A DNA stretch of 64,000 nucleotides from Strigamia acuminata (Eukaryota): contig OX442314.1 in the NCBI GenBank assembly GCA_949358305.1, positions 3,410,001 to 3,474,000 on the forward strand, given 5' to 3'. Positions 12,108-24,062 of the stretch are shown here, piece by piece (within the stretch, counting starts at the first letter, position 1; every line of letters begins with the position of its first letter). A model generated the notes under the pieces. That model saw only the letters and a list, made by a program, of their open reading frames with translations, ran no database searches and was not told the DNA's origin. The position numbers and the translations under genes were made by a program.

Positions 12108-12669
12108 TTCTGTGCCTCTTGAATGTTCAGTATATTACTCTGTTTATTGTGTAAATCTAGAAAAATTGTGCATTTAAATTATTTATAGTAAAGTTTGTTT
12201 TATATGTATATACTAATTAATGTGCATAGATCAAGTCATCGAGATTGTTATAGCCGGAAATAAATTTAGGGCAAAATTTGCTATTTTTTATATTTTTATT
12301 TTTAAACTTTCATCATTTTCTTTGCATTTACTTACTTATTTTTGAAGATAATAAATAATTCAATTCGTATTAAAAATGATGTTGAAAATATTTGTCAATT
12401 TTGAATTTTGATTCTAGTCTCTTGAGTTCTGATTGGGCCTCACCTGGCTCTGCAAGCTATGCAGGCAATGCCTGCTGCAAGGGGCAGCTGCTAGTGCAAC
12501 TGCAACTTCCTTCTCCTATTTACGACGTATAGTCACTTTTTCAGTGTTGGCTTCCCTGAATCTCTCTACAGCTGTGCTGTTTGTAGGACAATATAATATA
12601 TAATATAATAAAATGCAATATTTCTGACATAAAAATGCATTTTTTACGGTGGAAAATGCATTATTCCTG

Positions 12670-13100
12670 ATCAAAATGCCCAATTTTTAATGAAAAATGC
12701 CTTATTTTGGATGAAAAATGCCTTATTTTGGATGAGAAATGCCTTATTTTGGATGAAAAATGCCTTATTTTGGATGAGAAATGCCTTATTTTGGATGAAA
12801 AATGCCTTATTTTGGATGAGAAATGTCTTATTTTGGATGAAAAATGCCTTATTTCGGATGAGAAATGCCTTATTTTGGATGAGAAATGTCTTATTTTGGA
12901 TGAAAAATGCCTTATTTCGGATGAGAAATGCCTTATTTTGGATGAGAAATGCCTTATTTTGGATGAAAAATGCCTTATTTTGGATGAGAAATGCCTTATT
13001 TTGGATGAAAAATGCCTTATTTTGGATGAAAAATGCCTTATTTTGGATGCAAAATGCCTTATTTTGGATGAAAAATGCCTCAATTTGACCAAAATGCATT
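12670..13100. repeat. 21-bp minisatellite (AAAATGCCTTATTTTGGATGA), about 20 units
   Basis: Directly visible; gives the periodic spurious ORFs KIRHFSS / DEKCLIL. Confidence 0.95.
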
Positions 13101-13206
13101 TTAAGGATTATTTCTGACCAAAATTCATTTATTTTGAATAAAAAAAAGCCTTATTTATCCTCAAAAATCTATTTTTTAGATACCAAAAAAGATGAAAGAT
13201 GATAAA

Positions 13207-13268
13207 ATGTTCAACATCAATTATCACTTCATTTATTTATTTATGCAACCACTGCAACTGATGAGCGG
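13207..13268 (+). pseudogene. Degenerate exon-1 remnant of the secreted 8-Cys gene family
   Basis: ATGTTCAACATCAATTATCACTTCATT...GCAACCACTGCAACTGATGAGCGG aligns with 44532-44603, with a frameshifting deletion; the canonical GTAAGT donor is lost. Confidence 0.7.
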
Positions 13269-16200
13269 TTTTCTAAAAGATGGTTTTAGTCTCGCGTTCA
13301 AATTTGCCGCCTCTTCTACTCTAGCAGCGCCCTCTGTTTGCCACCTCGTGTTAGTTAGTAGAAACTGAATTTTAAGGACCAATCAATGAAGAGAAAACTA
13401 TTTGGAGGTAAAAATAATTCACCAACTGAATGAATGAGTTTTGTGAAACTGGCCAATGAGCATGGAAATAATCATTTGCCGGTGCAAGAAATCTTTAGAT
13501 TCAGCGGCAAAGGGTGCGGGCGTGGGCCTGTGGCGGCTGCGATTGGTGCAGAAAGCTCGGCAGCGCGCCTCCTCCATCCCTTTCCCTCCTGCCCAAGATT
13601 GCCACCGCATAGCGGGGCGCCTCCAGCAACCAGCAACCAGCATTTGTTGTCCTCCGCCGCCATGTTGGTTTCGTTCTCGCCTCACACGGTGAGTTTGGTT
13701 GTTTCGGGGGATAATTGTTCACGATTTCGGTGGGTTTTTGATGGAATTTGATGTGTTTTTTGTTGTTGTTCTTTCTTTTCTAGGCCTTTCAGCCCGCTCA
13801 AATGCCTGGGCTGTACCCGGGACATCTCACACGGTGAGTTTGGTTGTTTTAGGCGATAATTTTCCACGATTTCGGTGGTTTTGGATAGAATTTGATGTGT
13901 TTTTTATTTTTTAAATTTATTTTCTAGCCATTTCAGACCGCCCAAATGCCTGTTGACGACCCCCAACTGCACCTTAGCCAGGTAGGACATCTTAGAAGGT
14001 AAACTACATTTTTTGGAATTTGTTTTTTCAGTTTTTTTCTGTTTTTTTTTCAATTTTTGTTGTTTTAATTTGGTTTTATTTTATTTTCTAGGCAATTTTG
14101 ATTGGCCCAACGGCCCTGATCGGTGTTAGGTCAATATGGAAGGATTTCAGATAAGTGTTTACTTGTTTTGGTTAATTATTTGGCATTTTGGCAAAGAAAT
14201 CGATTCTTTGTGATTTTTTTTTTCATATTTTTATAGGTTCTGGACCTCATAGGCATGTGGACGGCTCCCGACTTGACCTGGACCACATAGGACATCACAG
14301 AAAGTGTGAGTTTTTTCACAAAAATCTCAGATTTTTCTACAGAAATTTGAGATTTTTCTACAAAAGTTTGAGATTTGTGACGGTGACGACCACAACTCCC
14401 ATTTAACAATGGTACCGGGAAGAGATCGCAATAAATAAACAGTGAATACAATACGAGATAAATACAAGACAGTTTATTGTTGGTAAACAATAATATCAAG
14501 GCTAAATTATACATAGGACTAATGCCGACATTTGGCAAGTTAAATCAGCTATTAAACTATACAAAGAATTGGCCAACTGGCCCTAGAATAATATCACTAC
14601 GGGTCTGGAATATGGGAGCGGTTTCCCCATCGCTCGACCTGATTATAGATGTCATCTTAAGCCGGATGGCTGTGTCCTGGAGTCCGATACGGCTTCGCTG
14701 GTTTCCTTGGTTCGCTGTGTAAACTATCGCACGTCGATAAATCGAATGATCTGAGCATTGCGGTTGACTTTGTCTGCACCGCCACAACTTTGGGAGGATA
14801 TTGGTGTAAGTAAATGTATTCATTTACTTATCAATATTCCACTTATGAATTATATTTAATTCATATCGTTGTGAATTCTTATTTAGATATTTCGGGAATA
14901 AGTTGTCGTCAACTTATCGGTTATATTGAGTTCAATATGAGATTAAGTCTTCTGACTTGATTTTGGTCCAACTGGTTGTCGAGTTTAAGTTTTGCTGTTA
15001 TAAATAAAATGAAGATTAAGCTTCCCGTCGCAACACACAATTGCCATCGATTAGAATATACGCCTTGCCATGCAGAACGGTATCAAGCGTCCCCGGCGTC
15101 GCAGCACGGTCGTCCATCGAGTGGTTGACGGTACCACGTACACAGGGGTCGATAGCTCGCGGCTCCGCACAGCAGTTTTATCTCTCGCGGTACTAATAAT
15201 AGACCGACTGCTTTGGCATCGAATACCATGAGAATCAGCTTGCCAAACACTTGGTGCTACTCGTGGTTACTGTAAAACAGACTGCTTTGGCACCATCAGG
15301 TGAAGGAACCGATTCTCAACAATACCGATGCTACTCGTGGTAACGGAATACGTTCATACCGAAAAAGACAACTTGGTCCTGTCCGGAGGATACTGAATTG
15401 CACAACGGCGGGTTCTCCTTCGGCGTCGCAACCGTAAACTGTAACATTTATGCAACATAATGATCCCAGCACTTCGACTTCAATTGCCGGCGGTGGCATG
15501 ATTCTGTAGAATCATGCAACGGTTCTTTGCGAATAAATCAACAAAGAACCAAAAGGTTTTTTTACGTGAACAACGAATCATATTTCTTAAGTAACAATAC
15601 CAAACAGAAAATAATCAAACAGAGCTGCAGAATGGCCGGTTGTTTGGGTTTATATAACCTGACTGGATTAAGGATTAATCCAGTTATCCAATTGGAACAT
15701 GGGTTCCACGAATCCCTCCAATCCCGTATCACCGGAAGTGGATACGGAGGAACAATGTGCTAATTCTCACCACAACCGGAACTGGATACCCAGGACCGGA
15801 AATGGATCCACCAATCAGATCTATTGGTTGATCGATTGATCACCAAATGTCCTGTCCCGCAGAAAATGGAAGTTACATTGTATTTAACATCACAAGACAT
15901 TAATATATCTTTATATTAATGTTCACAAAGCTTCGTTTCATTCTAGTAAATATAGTTTTATATTTATTTACATGTTTTATATTCATATCTTGAATTTGCC
16001 GCTAAATCGTAATCGCGCCATCTTGTGGCAACATTGCGCATTGACAAATGCAGTTTTAGCAGACGACTCTTCGTGATTCGGCCGGAATCCTTTGATATCA
16101 AGTAGGAATGAGTGTTTATTCTTAATAAACGAACATCTTTGTATTTGAAACATCATAAATAACTTTATTCCAGACATTTATCAGTTTTACACAGAATATC

Positions 16201-16871
16201 TTCGAGATATCATGATAATGGCGCAACAGCGCTTCTTTCTAAGAAAATAGGCATTTATAGCCATTGTAAACCGTCACACATCCCCCTTAATAACACAATT
16301 ATATAATATTTTATAGAGTTTTCGTTATTCTCCTAATTAGCATAAATGCTATTTTCGGACTTGATGTATCTTGGAGATACTGTGACTTCCAATTTCGAAT
16401 TTGAGTTTACATAAACTAACTTGAATTATCTAAGTTCTGGATTTTTGCCGAAATAATCTTTTCTAATAGCCTAAATTCAAGTCCAGAATTTATTTCCAAG
16501 TCTTCTTTTTGAAGAAACTTTCGTCATACATAAAATCATCATTTGTGTTATCACAAAATATTTATTTCATATGCCTAGTCAGATGTATTGCTATAAATAT
16601 ACAATAATAGCTTTCGGATGATAAGAGTTGACAATTAAGAATCAAAATGTCCCCCTTAATTGTCATGACCGGAGTCACTTGGTATTCTTTGTACAATTGA
16701 CTAATTTAATTAAACTAGTTGTCTTAATAATGTAGCATTACCTTTCAAAATTTTGTTAATTCTAACTTTTATATTTTGTTCCCCTTTTCTTTAGAAAACG
16801 AGGTCATGATTTATAGAGAAAGGATTTTCTGTTTACACTATAATCGGGGAATCTTTGTGTATCATATCATG

Positions 16872-18353
16872 TTAATCAACATGATTCTTTGTTAAATATT
16901 GAGCTCGCATATTTGCGAATTTCCGAGATCTCTCAGCCTGCTGTACTGATTTCTTTCGACGTTTTTCCTTTGGGCAGTTACATACAGTGTACTGACTTGG
17001 CAGTGTAAATGACCGTGACGACCCAACTTTTTGTTTTAGGTCATCTCTGGAAAACCATACATGAATGGGACCCTCATTGGAAAACCATACGTGGAAAGGA
17101 CCCATATTTGGAATTGTGAAATCCCGCAACAAACGAGGGGATCTATATTTGACTCTAAGTCGTGGAACTGATGATTGGAAACCTGGGTTTTCAGTCAGTT
17201 TTTGAACATGTTGGTTTGTATTTGAAGTTTCTTCATCACCAGCTGGACTTGGTGACCGAAAACGCTTTTTTGAAGTTCTTAATTCCTCTCGTTGAGATGA
17301 ATTATTCTGGATATTGCAGGGTTGCTTTCCAGACGCAAATTGTTGTATCTCCGTCAGATTGACGACTGGGACGGGTTTTAGTCGTTGGTTACGGTATTGA
17401 TTTCGAAATACGAATTGTTGCGCTTCGTTTATATTTTTAAATTCAGCTGAATTTAACTGGTATTGTTTACAATACTGTTCGAATTGATACCGGATCTCCC
17501 GTGGGTTAGTCAAAAAACTTTCTTTTTTAGGTTTAAAATCATTCTCATTATCGTGTTGGTAATACTTTTTCAAGGGAAAAGTTTGCTTGACTTTTTTTCG
17601 ATTTGAAATGGGCGTTAGGTAGAATTGTCTTGGCTGGGGACTCTTCTTGGTAGACAAATCATACGTCCGCAAACATGAGTTTGTGATCGGCGATCGGGCA
17701 CGTTGTTGTACGTTATTTGACTGCAAATGTTTGTTTGGAGTCCGAATATCTTTCCTTTGCGTTGATATTGGTGGCCCAAAACTTTTGTTTACGGTTCCCA
17801 ATTCTTTTGATAGCGGTAGGTTAATCGACAGATTAAGGCTAGCCACATATCGTTGTGCTTCAGCTGGATTAGCATATCGAACTGAAATTAGCTGATCTCG
17901 ATTGTAAACGAGTTTTAATTTGTTCTGAACAACCGACTGGTTAGTTAACGAACTCTCTGGATGAGAATTATTAGGTTTATAATTCTCTTCCCCCTTATCT
18001 ACCGAATTAGGTGGTTTAAACTTTTCTAACTTAGATCCCCTACTGGATGTTTGAAACATAGTATGAGAATCTTTATTCACTAAGTTTCGGCTGTATGTTT
18101 GTGGATTCCGTACTGGATCTTGATGTGAAGATTGAGATTGGGTACGATCTCGCCAGTTCCTAGCTTTTACATAGTCTGAAGCTTCGATTATATTTTTAAA
18201 CTTGGTTTTATCCAGTCCATGACGATTACAATACAGAGTAAAATGATCGGGAATCTTTTCTGTTTGATCGCCAAGTGGTACAGAACTTAAATTTAAGTTT
18301 GTCTGCTTATTATTTCCTTTTGGATCGATCATATTCAATGGTTTTTGAGCCAT
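16872..18353 (-). CDS. Orphan protein of about 493 aa (first ATG 18353) carried by the LARD-like element; function unknown
   Basis: 1.5-kb uninterrupted ORF in AT-rich DNA, in element-sense orientation, with an internally repeated ~33-aa module and a TATA/Inr promoter upstream. Confidence 0.7.
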   Translation of the reverse strand: MAQKPLNMIDPKGNNKQTNLNLSSVPLGDQTEKIPDHFTLYCNRHGLDKTKFKNIIEASDYVKARNWRDRTQSQSSHQDPVRNPQTYSRNLVNKDSHTMFQTSSRGSKLEKFKPPNSVDKGEENYKPNNSHPESSLTNQSVVQNKLKLVYNRDQLISVRYANPAEAQRYVASLNLSINLPLSKELGTVNKSFGPPISTQRKDIRTPNKHLQSNNVQQRARSPITNSCLRTYDLSTKKSPQPRQFYLTPISNRKKVKQTFPLKKYYQHDNENDFKPKKESFLTNPREIRYQFEQYCKQYQLNSAEFKNINEAQQFVFRNQYRNQRLKPVPVVNLTEIQQFASGKQPCNIQNNSSQREELRTSKKRFRSPSPAGDEETSNTNQHVQKLTENPGFQSSVPRLRVKYRSPRLLRDFTIPNMGPFHVWFSNEGPIHVWFSRDDLKQKVGSSRSFTLPSQYTVCNCPKEKRRKKSVQQAERSRKFANMRAQYLTKNHVD

Positions 18354-18569
18354 AAAAAAATTCAAAATCTGACGATTTTAATTCTTTAATTTATAAAGAA
18401 GACGAATATAATACACTTTTCAACAAGAAACACTTCTAAACTTTACTTTTGACAAAATAAAATTAAACTTCGCGTTTGTTTGACACGTGTTAGCTTTTGC
18501 AGGTTACACGGCACACAAAATTCGAATCGTGACTGAAATCGGGACGGCGTGGTCAAGATGACTCTGGAA

Positions 18570-18630
18570 CACGTCTTCTGGTCTGGTCTGGATGCGAATG
18601 ATCAGTATCTGATCTGGTCCTCCTTTAATA
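18570..18630 (-). promoter_or_regulatory. Internal core promoter (TATA-like box, Inr, downstream AGACGTG)
   Basis: TATTAAA at 18624-18630 starts 31 nt upstream of the A (18599) of TCATTC, which fits arthropod Inr TCAKTY. AGACGTG lies at +24 to +30 and a CCAAT at about 18670. Confidence 0.6.
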
Positions 18631-21600
18631 GCAGGGGGCTGGGGATCCCTAGATCTCCCAACTTCTGATTGGCGGATGTTAGTGTCGGCCAATGGTATAA
18701 AGGACGTTACATCTATTTAGTAGTTCTCTACTAAGTCCGTTCCCTTCGAGATTCAATTTTACCGATAAAATAAAATTCCTTCGGGAAGACATTCGTAAAA
18801 TATTGTATTTTTCAAATGAAAATAAAATAAACTTACTTCAATCTTCTTGAACTTTGGGATTTTTACCAATCCAAATAATTAAATAACTTTTCTTCAAAAA
18901 ATATTTTTCTTTTAATTATTCCGTTAGTGTGTGATATCGTTACAACCACAACTTTAATAAAGTTTTCTCAAACTCTCAATTTTTCTTATTCTTATTCAAT
19001 TATCGTTCAAATAATCATTCCTTTGTAATTGAAATCTATTTTCGATTCCCAACATTGTGTATTCATTTCCAATAGGAAGAATAATTTGACCAAGTCTTTA
19101 CTTTTTCGGGTTTAAATTCCATTTTTCGAGTGTGAAAAAATAAATTTTCACCATCCATCTCCCCCTTTTTTAACAAATTTTTTTAACAAATAAAAATTCG
19201 TTAAAATTCTTTAAATTTGTTTTGCGAGAAAAATTATCTAATTCTCTAATCTTCCAAAAGAAAATATTCGAAATTTTACTTTAAACGATAAAGTTATTGG
19301 TACAAATGTGTACTTGTTTTTCGGGAGAAAACTATTCGACAATCCTTTAGACTTTTGGGTAAAAATTATTCATCAAATCTTTCTTTTTTGATGACAATTG
19401 CTTTGATTTTTCGAAAGAAAATATCTAGCTAAATTCCACTTTTCCTGAGCGGACAATTGTTTTCACAATTAGTTATTCCTTTGCGATATTTACGAAGGAC
19501 GTGTCTTTGATTATTCGTTTTAATAATTTTCGTCCCCCTTATCTCTAATAACGAGATGTTTTTGCAGAGATCTTTTATCTTTTGAATGAAAGAATATTTA
19601 AATCTCAATTGTCGTAAATACCTTCATCTGCTGCAGCATTTCCTCAATTTGAACTTTTCAAATGAAAAGGCAAATCTGGAGAACTTTCACTGTCAAACTT
19701 CTATTCCTATCGCGCCAAAATTCGTAATTCACTGGTTTGGAATTCCGTATAACACGTGACACAATAACAGTATCGATGTCACAATTAAGCAGTTTACTAC
19801 TCGGTCCGCGCGAGGACATGTAAATTACTTTTTTCCGATAAAAATAATTTTTCTTTGAAAAATATTTGAAATTGATTTTTCACAACTACTTTTGAATGAA
19901 ATAAAATGAAGTTATTCCAACTTTTCGTTAATTGCTCACACATAACATTCCCTTTACTGTGGGATTTGCATCGAAATTCCATTTTTAAAGAACCTTTCTT
20001 TTACTTATCGCAAATAAAACATATTCAATCGTTTTTCTGATTAAACTTTAACACGTAAATTACGAACGAAATATATGATGACATTCCATTAACCTTTAGG
20101 AAAATTGACTAAATTCTTAATTTTTAGAGAAAAATAATGTATCTAGAATCTTTCCTTTTCCGAATAAAATCTATGTTCAAAATAGAAGATAAATCTTGTG
20201 CAATTCTTAGTTTTTTCGAATGGAAAAATACAACTTTTCATCAGCGGTGATTTATTTGATTTTTCCGAAAGAAAAATAATTACTTTGAAACTTATTTTCT
20301 TCGTTTAAATCAGCTATCTGATTTTAAAGCTTCAATCCAATTAAAAAATATTCGCTCCGTAAATATTTCATGTGGCAAAGTTCATAGCCACAAATGGATT
20401 TGTTATTCCGGTTTTAAGAAATCATGTGGGAAAATGTCCGATTAGATTAAAAAAATATTCGTTGTTTTTCAAACAGCTAAATTTCATTTAGAAATTCTCA
20501 AAATTTGGGAGACCCAAATATCGTTGGAAACTTAAAACACTGTTAAATTTCCGAAAGGAAAGATTGAATGAAATCCTTTTACTTTTCCGAGGGAAAGCGT
20601 TTATCGTGATTCGTAACTTTCAATGTAAAAAATACTATTCTACGTGGTCGGCAACTTCATTCGCCGCCATTTTATATTTTCTTAATTTCCATTGTCCCGA
20701 AGGAAAAAATGTACTTTTTGTGAAAATAGTTAATTCCTTCAAATAAAGGTAATATTCATTTCGATTTGCAAATCTTTTCTGCGAAATGGAGTGTGTTGTT
20801 TTTCTCCAACAACTAAATTATCTTTGGTACCGATGGCAGTGGAAAAATTAGTTCGCGACACTTAAATAAATCTCTACGAACCTTCTGTAACATTTCTCCG
20901 CTGTCTTTTATCTGTTGTCCGCCATAATTTCCAAGCATTCGTTCGCACCTTGCGTTGAAGGTTTGAGTAGCTTCCCTGCTGCGTTTGATACGGAGATCGA
21001 CGCGTATTGCTATGGCGCGTGGTCGCTGGCTATCGGTGTCGACGTACAGTTACAAGAAACTTAATTTCTTGTAAATATTTCCAAATAGTTGCGGTGTTTT
21101 CTTCGTTTTAACTTTTCAGGTGGAAAGATAAATTCGTAAGAAGTCCGCCTTCTAAACTTGTATGTTTTTAGCTTTTCGAAATAAAACAAACTTCGAAAAA
21201 AATATCTGTATTCTTATTTCACTCGAAACTTTTTTTTGATTTCTTATTTAAAATACTTCGTATTCCTTAAATTGTCGAACGAAAATAGTAAAGAGAGTTC
21301 ACTAAACGTTTCCATTTCGTCAGTTTAACTTTTCACATGAAAATATAAACTGAAAATCTATTTGTCTGTTTTAACTAAAATTTTTTTGTTAATATCGGAT
21401 TCAAGATTCGCTTTTGCAATTCGATCGAATTAATTTGCAACCTATTTCAGTGATCGTGTGATAGGTCTATAACTTCCGAAATTCCTAGTTAAAGGACAGT
21501 TTTGGTGTTTCTCAAGAAAATAAACATGGTTTGAAACTGGTCTGTTTTTTAACTAAATCTTTTAGTTAAATATTTATCTCAAAATTCACTTTTACAATTC

Positions 21601-23780
21601 TATCGAATTTAATTGCAACCTAATCTCGGTGGGACCTCCACGTGTGAGATTAGGTGGTAGTCTTTGAAATCCCTAAAATCTTCAAACGAAAATAATGAAG
21701 GAAAATCTACTACGTATTTCTATTTCATCAGTTTAACTTCTTCACATGGAAATATAAACTGAGAATTTAATCTGTCTATTTTTAACTTAAATCTTTTAGT
21801 TAAATATTTATCTCCAATATTCACTGTTGCAATTCAATCGAATTTAATTGCAACCTAATCTCGGTGGGACCTCCACGTGTGACGGTGACGACCACAACTC
21901 CCATTTAACAATGGTACCGGGAAGAGATCGCAATAAATAAACAGTGAATACAATACGAGATAAATACAAGACAGTTTATTGTTGGTAAACAATAATATCA
22001 AGGCTAAATTATACATAGGACTAATGCCGACATTTGGCAAGTTAAATCAGCTATTAAACTATACAAAGAATTGGCCAACTGGCCCTAGAATAATATCACT
22101 ACGGGTCTGGAATATGGGAGCGGTTTCCCCATCGCTCGACCTGATTATAGATGTCATCTTAAGCCGGATGGCTGTGTCCTGGAGTCCGATACGGCTTCGC
22201 TGGTTTCCTTGGTTCGCTGTGTAAACTATCGCACGTCGATAAATCGAATGATCTGAGCATTGCGGTTGACTTTGTCTGCACCGCCACAACTTTGGGAGGA
22301 TATTGGTGTAAGTAAATGTATTCATTTACTTATCAATATTCCACTTATGAATTATATTTAATTCATATCGTTGTGAATTCTTATTTAGATATTTCGGGAA
22401 TAAGTTGTCGTCAACTTATCGGTTATATTGAGTTCAATATGAGATTAAGTCTTCTGACTTGATTTTGGTCCAACTGGTTGTCGAGTTTAAGTTTTGCTGT
22501 TATAAATAAAATGAAGATTAAGCTTCCCGTCGCAACACACAATTGCCATCGATTAGAATATACGCCTTGCCATGCAGAACGGTATCAAGCGTCCCCGGCG
22601 TCGCAGCACGGTCGTCCATCGAGTGGTTGACGGTACCACGTACACAGGGGTCGATAGCTCGCGGCTCCGCACAGCAGTTTTATCTCTCGCGGTACTAATA
22701 ATAGACCGACTGCTTTGGCATCGAATACCATGAGAATCAGCTTGCCAAACACTTGGTGCTACTCGTGGTTACTGTAAAACAGACTGCTTTGGCACCATCA
22801 GGTGAAGGAACCGATTCTCAACAATACCGATGCTACTCGTGGTAACGGAATACGTTCATACCGAAAAAGACAACTTGGTCCTGTCCGGAGGATACTGAAT
22901 TGCACAACGGCGGGTTCTCCTTCGGCGTCGCAACCGTAAACTGTAACATTTATGCAACATAATGATCCCAGCACTTCGACTTCAATTGCCGGCGGTGGCA
23001 TGATTCTGTAGAATCATGCAACGGTTCTTTGCGAATAAATCAACAAAGAACCAAAAGGTTTTTTTACGTGAACAACGAATCATATTTCTTAAGTAACAAT
23101 ACCAAACAGAAAATAATCAAACAGAGCTGCAGAATGGCCGGTTGTTTGGGTTTATATAACCTGACTGGATTAAGGATTAATCCAGTTATCCAATTGGAAC
23201 ATGGGTTCCACGAATCCCTCCAATCCCGTATCACCGGAAGTGGATACGGAGGAACAATGTGCTAATTCTCACCACAACCGGAACTGGATACCCAGGACCG
23301 GAAATGGATCCACCAATCAGATCTATTGGTTGATCGATTGATCACCAAATGTCCTGTCCCGCAGAAAATGGAAGTTACATTGTATTTAACATCACAAGAC
23401 ATTAATATATCTTTATATTAATGTTCACAAAGCTTCGTTTCATTCTAGTAAATATAGTTTTATATTTATTTACATGTTTTATATTCATATCTTGAATTTG
23501 CCGCTAAATCGTAATCGCGCCATCTTGTGGCAACATTGCGCATTGACAAATGCGGTTTTAGCAGACGACTCTTCGTGATTCGGCCGGAATCCTTTGATAT
23601 CAAGTAGGAATGAGTGTTTATTCTTAATAAACGAACATCTTTGTATTTGAAACATCATAAATAACTTTATTCCAGACATTTATCAGTTTTACACAGAATA
23701 TCTTCGAGATATCATGATAATGGCGCAACAGCGCTTCTTTCTAAGAAAATAGGCATTTATAGCCATTGTAAACCGTCACA

Positions 23781-24062
23781 CATTTTTCTACAAAAATTTG
23801 AGATTTTTCTACAAAAATTTGAGATTTTTCTACAAAAATTTGAGATTTTTCACAAAAATTTGAGATTTTTCACAAAAATTTGAGATTTTTCACAAAAATT
23901 TGAGATTTTTCACAAACATTTGAGATTTTTCACAAAAATTTGAGATTTTTCACAAAAATTTGAGATTTTTCACAAAAATTTGAGATTTTTCACAAAAATT
24001 TGAGATTTTTCACAAAAATTTGAGATTTTTCACAAAAATTTGAGATTTTCCACAAAAATTTG
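23781..24062. repeat. 20-21-bp minisatellite (AAAAATTTGAGATTTTTCAC), continuous with 14310-14375 before the LTR insertion
   Basis: The same unit lies on both sides of the LARD-like element. Confidence 0.92.

Larger units (their letters stand above)
14376..23780 (-). mobile_element. Non-autonomous large LTR element (LARD-like) with 1903-bp LTRs, no gag/pol, one orphan ORF
   Basis: LTRs 14376-16278 and 21878-23780 (TGTGACGG...CCGTCACA) are nearly identical. tRNA-Gln-type PBS at 21858-21875, PPT AAGGGGGA at 16281-16288. Inserted into a 20-21-bp minisatellite. Confidence 0.9.

Noticed and set aside
12661..13117. Four overlapping repetitive ORFs (KIRHFSS, DEKCLIL, etc.)
   Set aside because: Translation artefacts of a stop-free 21-bp minisatellite.
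14477..16177. Short ORFs duplicated at +7502
   Set aside because: They lie within the LTRs; the duplication reflects LTR identity, not coding conservation.
17420..18200. Resemblance of FKNIxEAxxFV to the RNase H1 hybrid-binding (caulimovirus viroplasmin) motif
   Set aside because: The upstream YAV..G..G.F..W part is absent; the similarity is a generic helix pattern.
21858..21875. tRNA-like 3' ends here and at 3432-3449 and 39464-39481
   Set aside because: Only 18-nt primer binding sites with no cloverleaf, so not tRNA genes.
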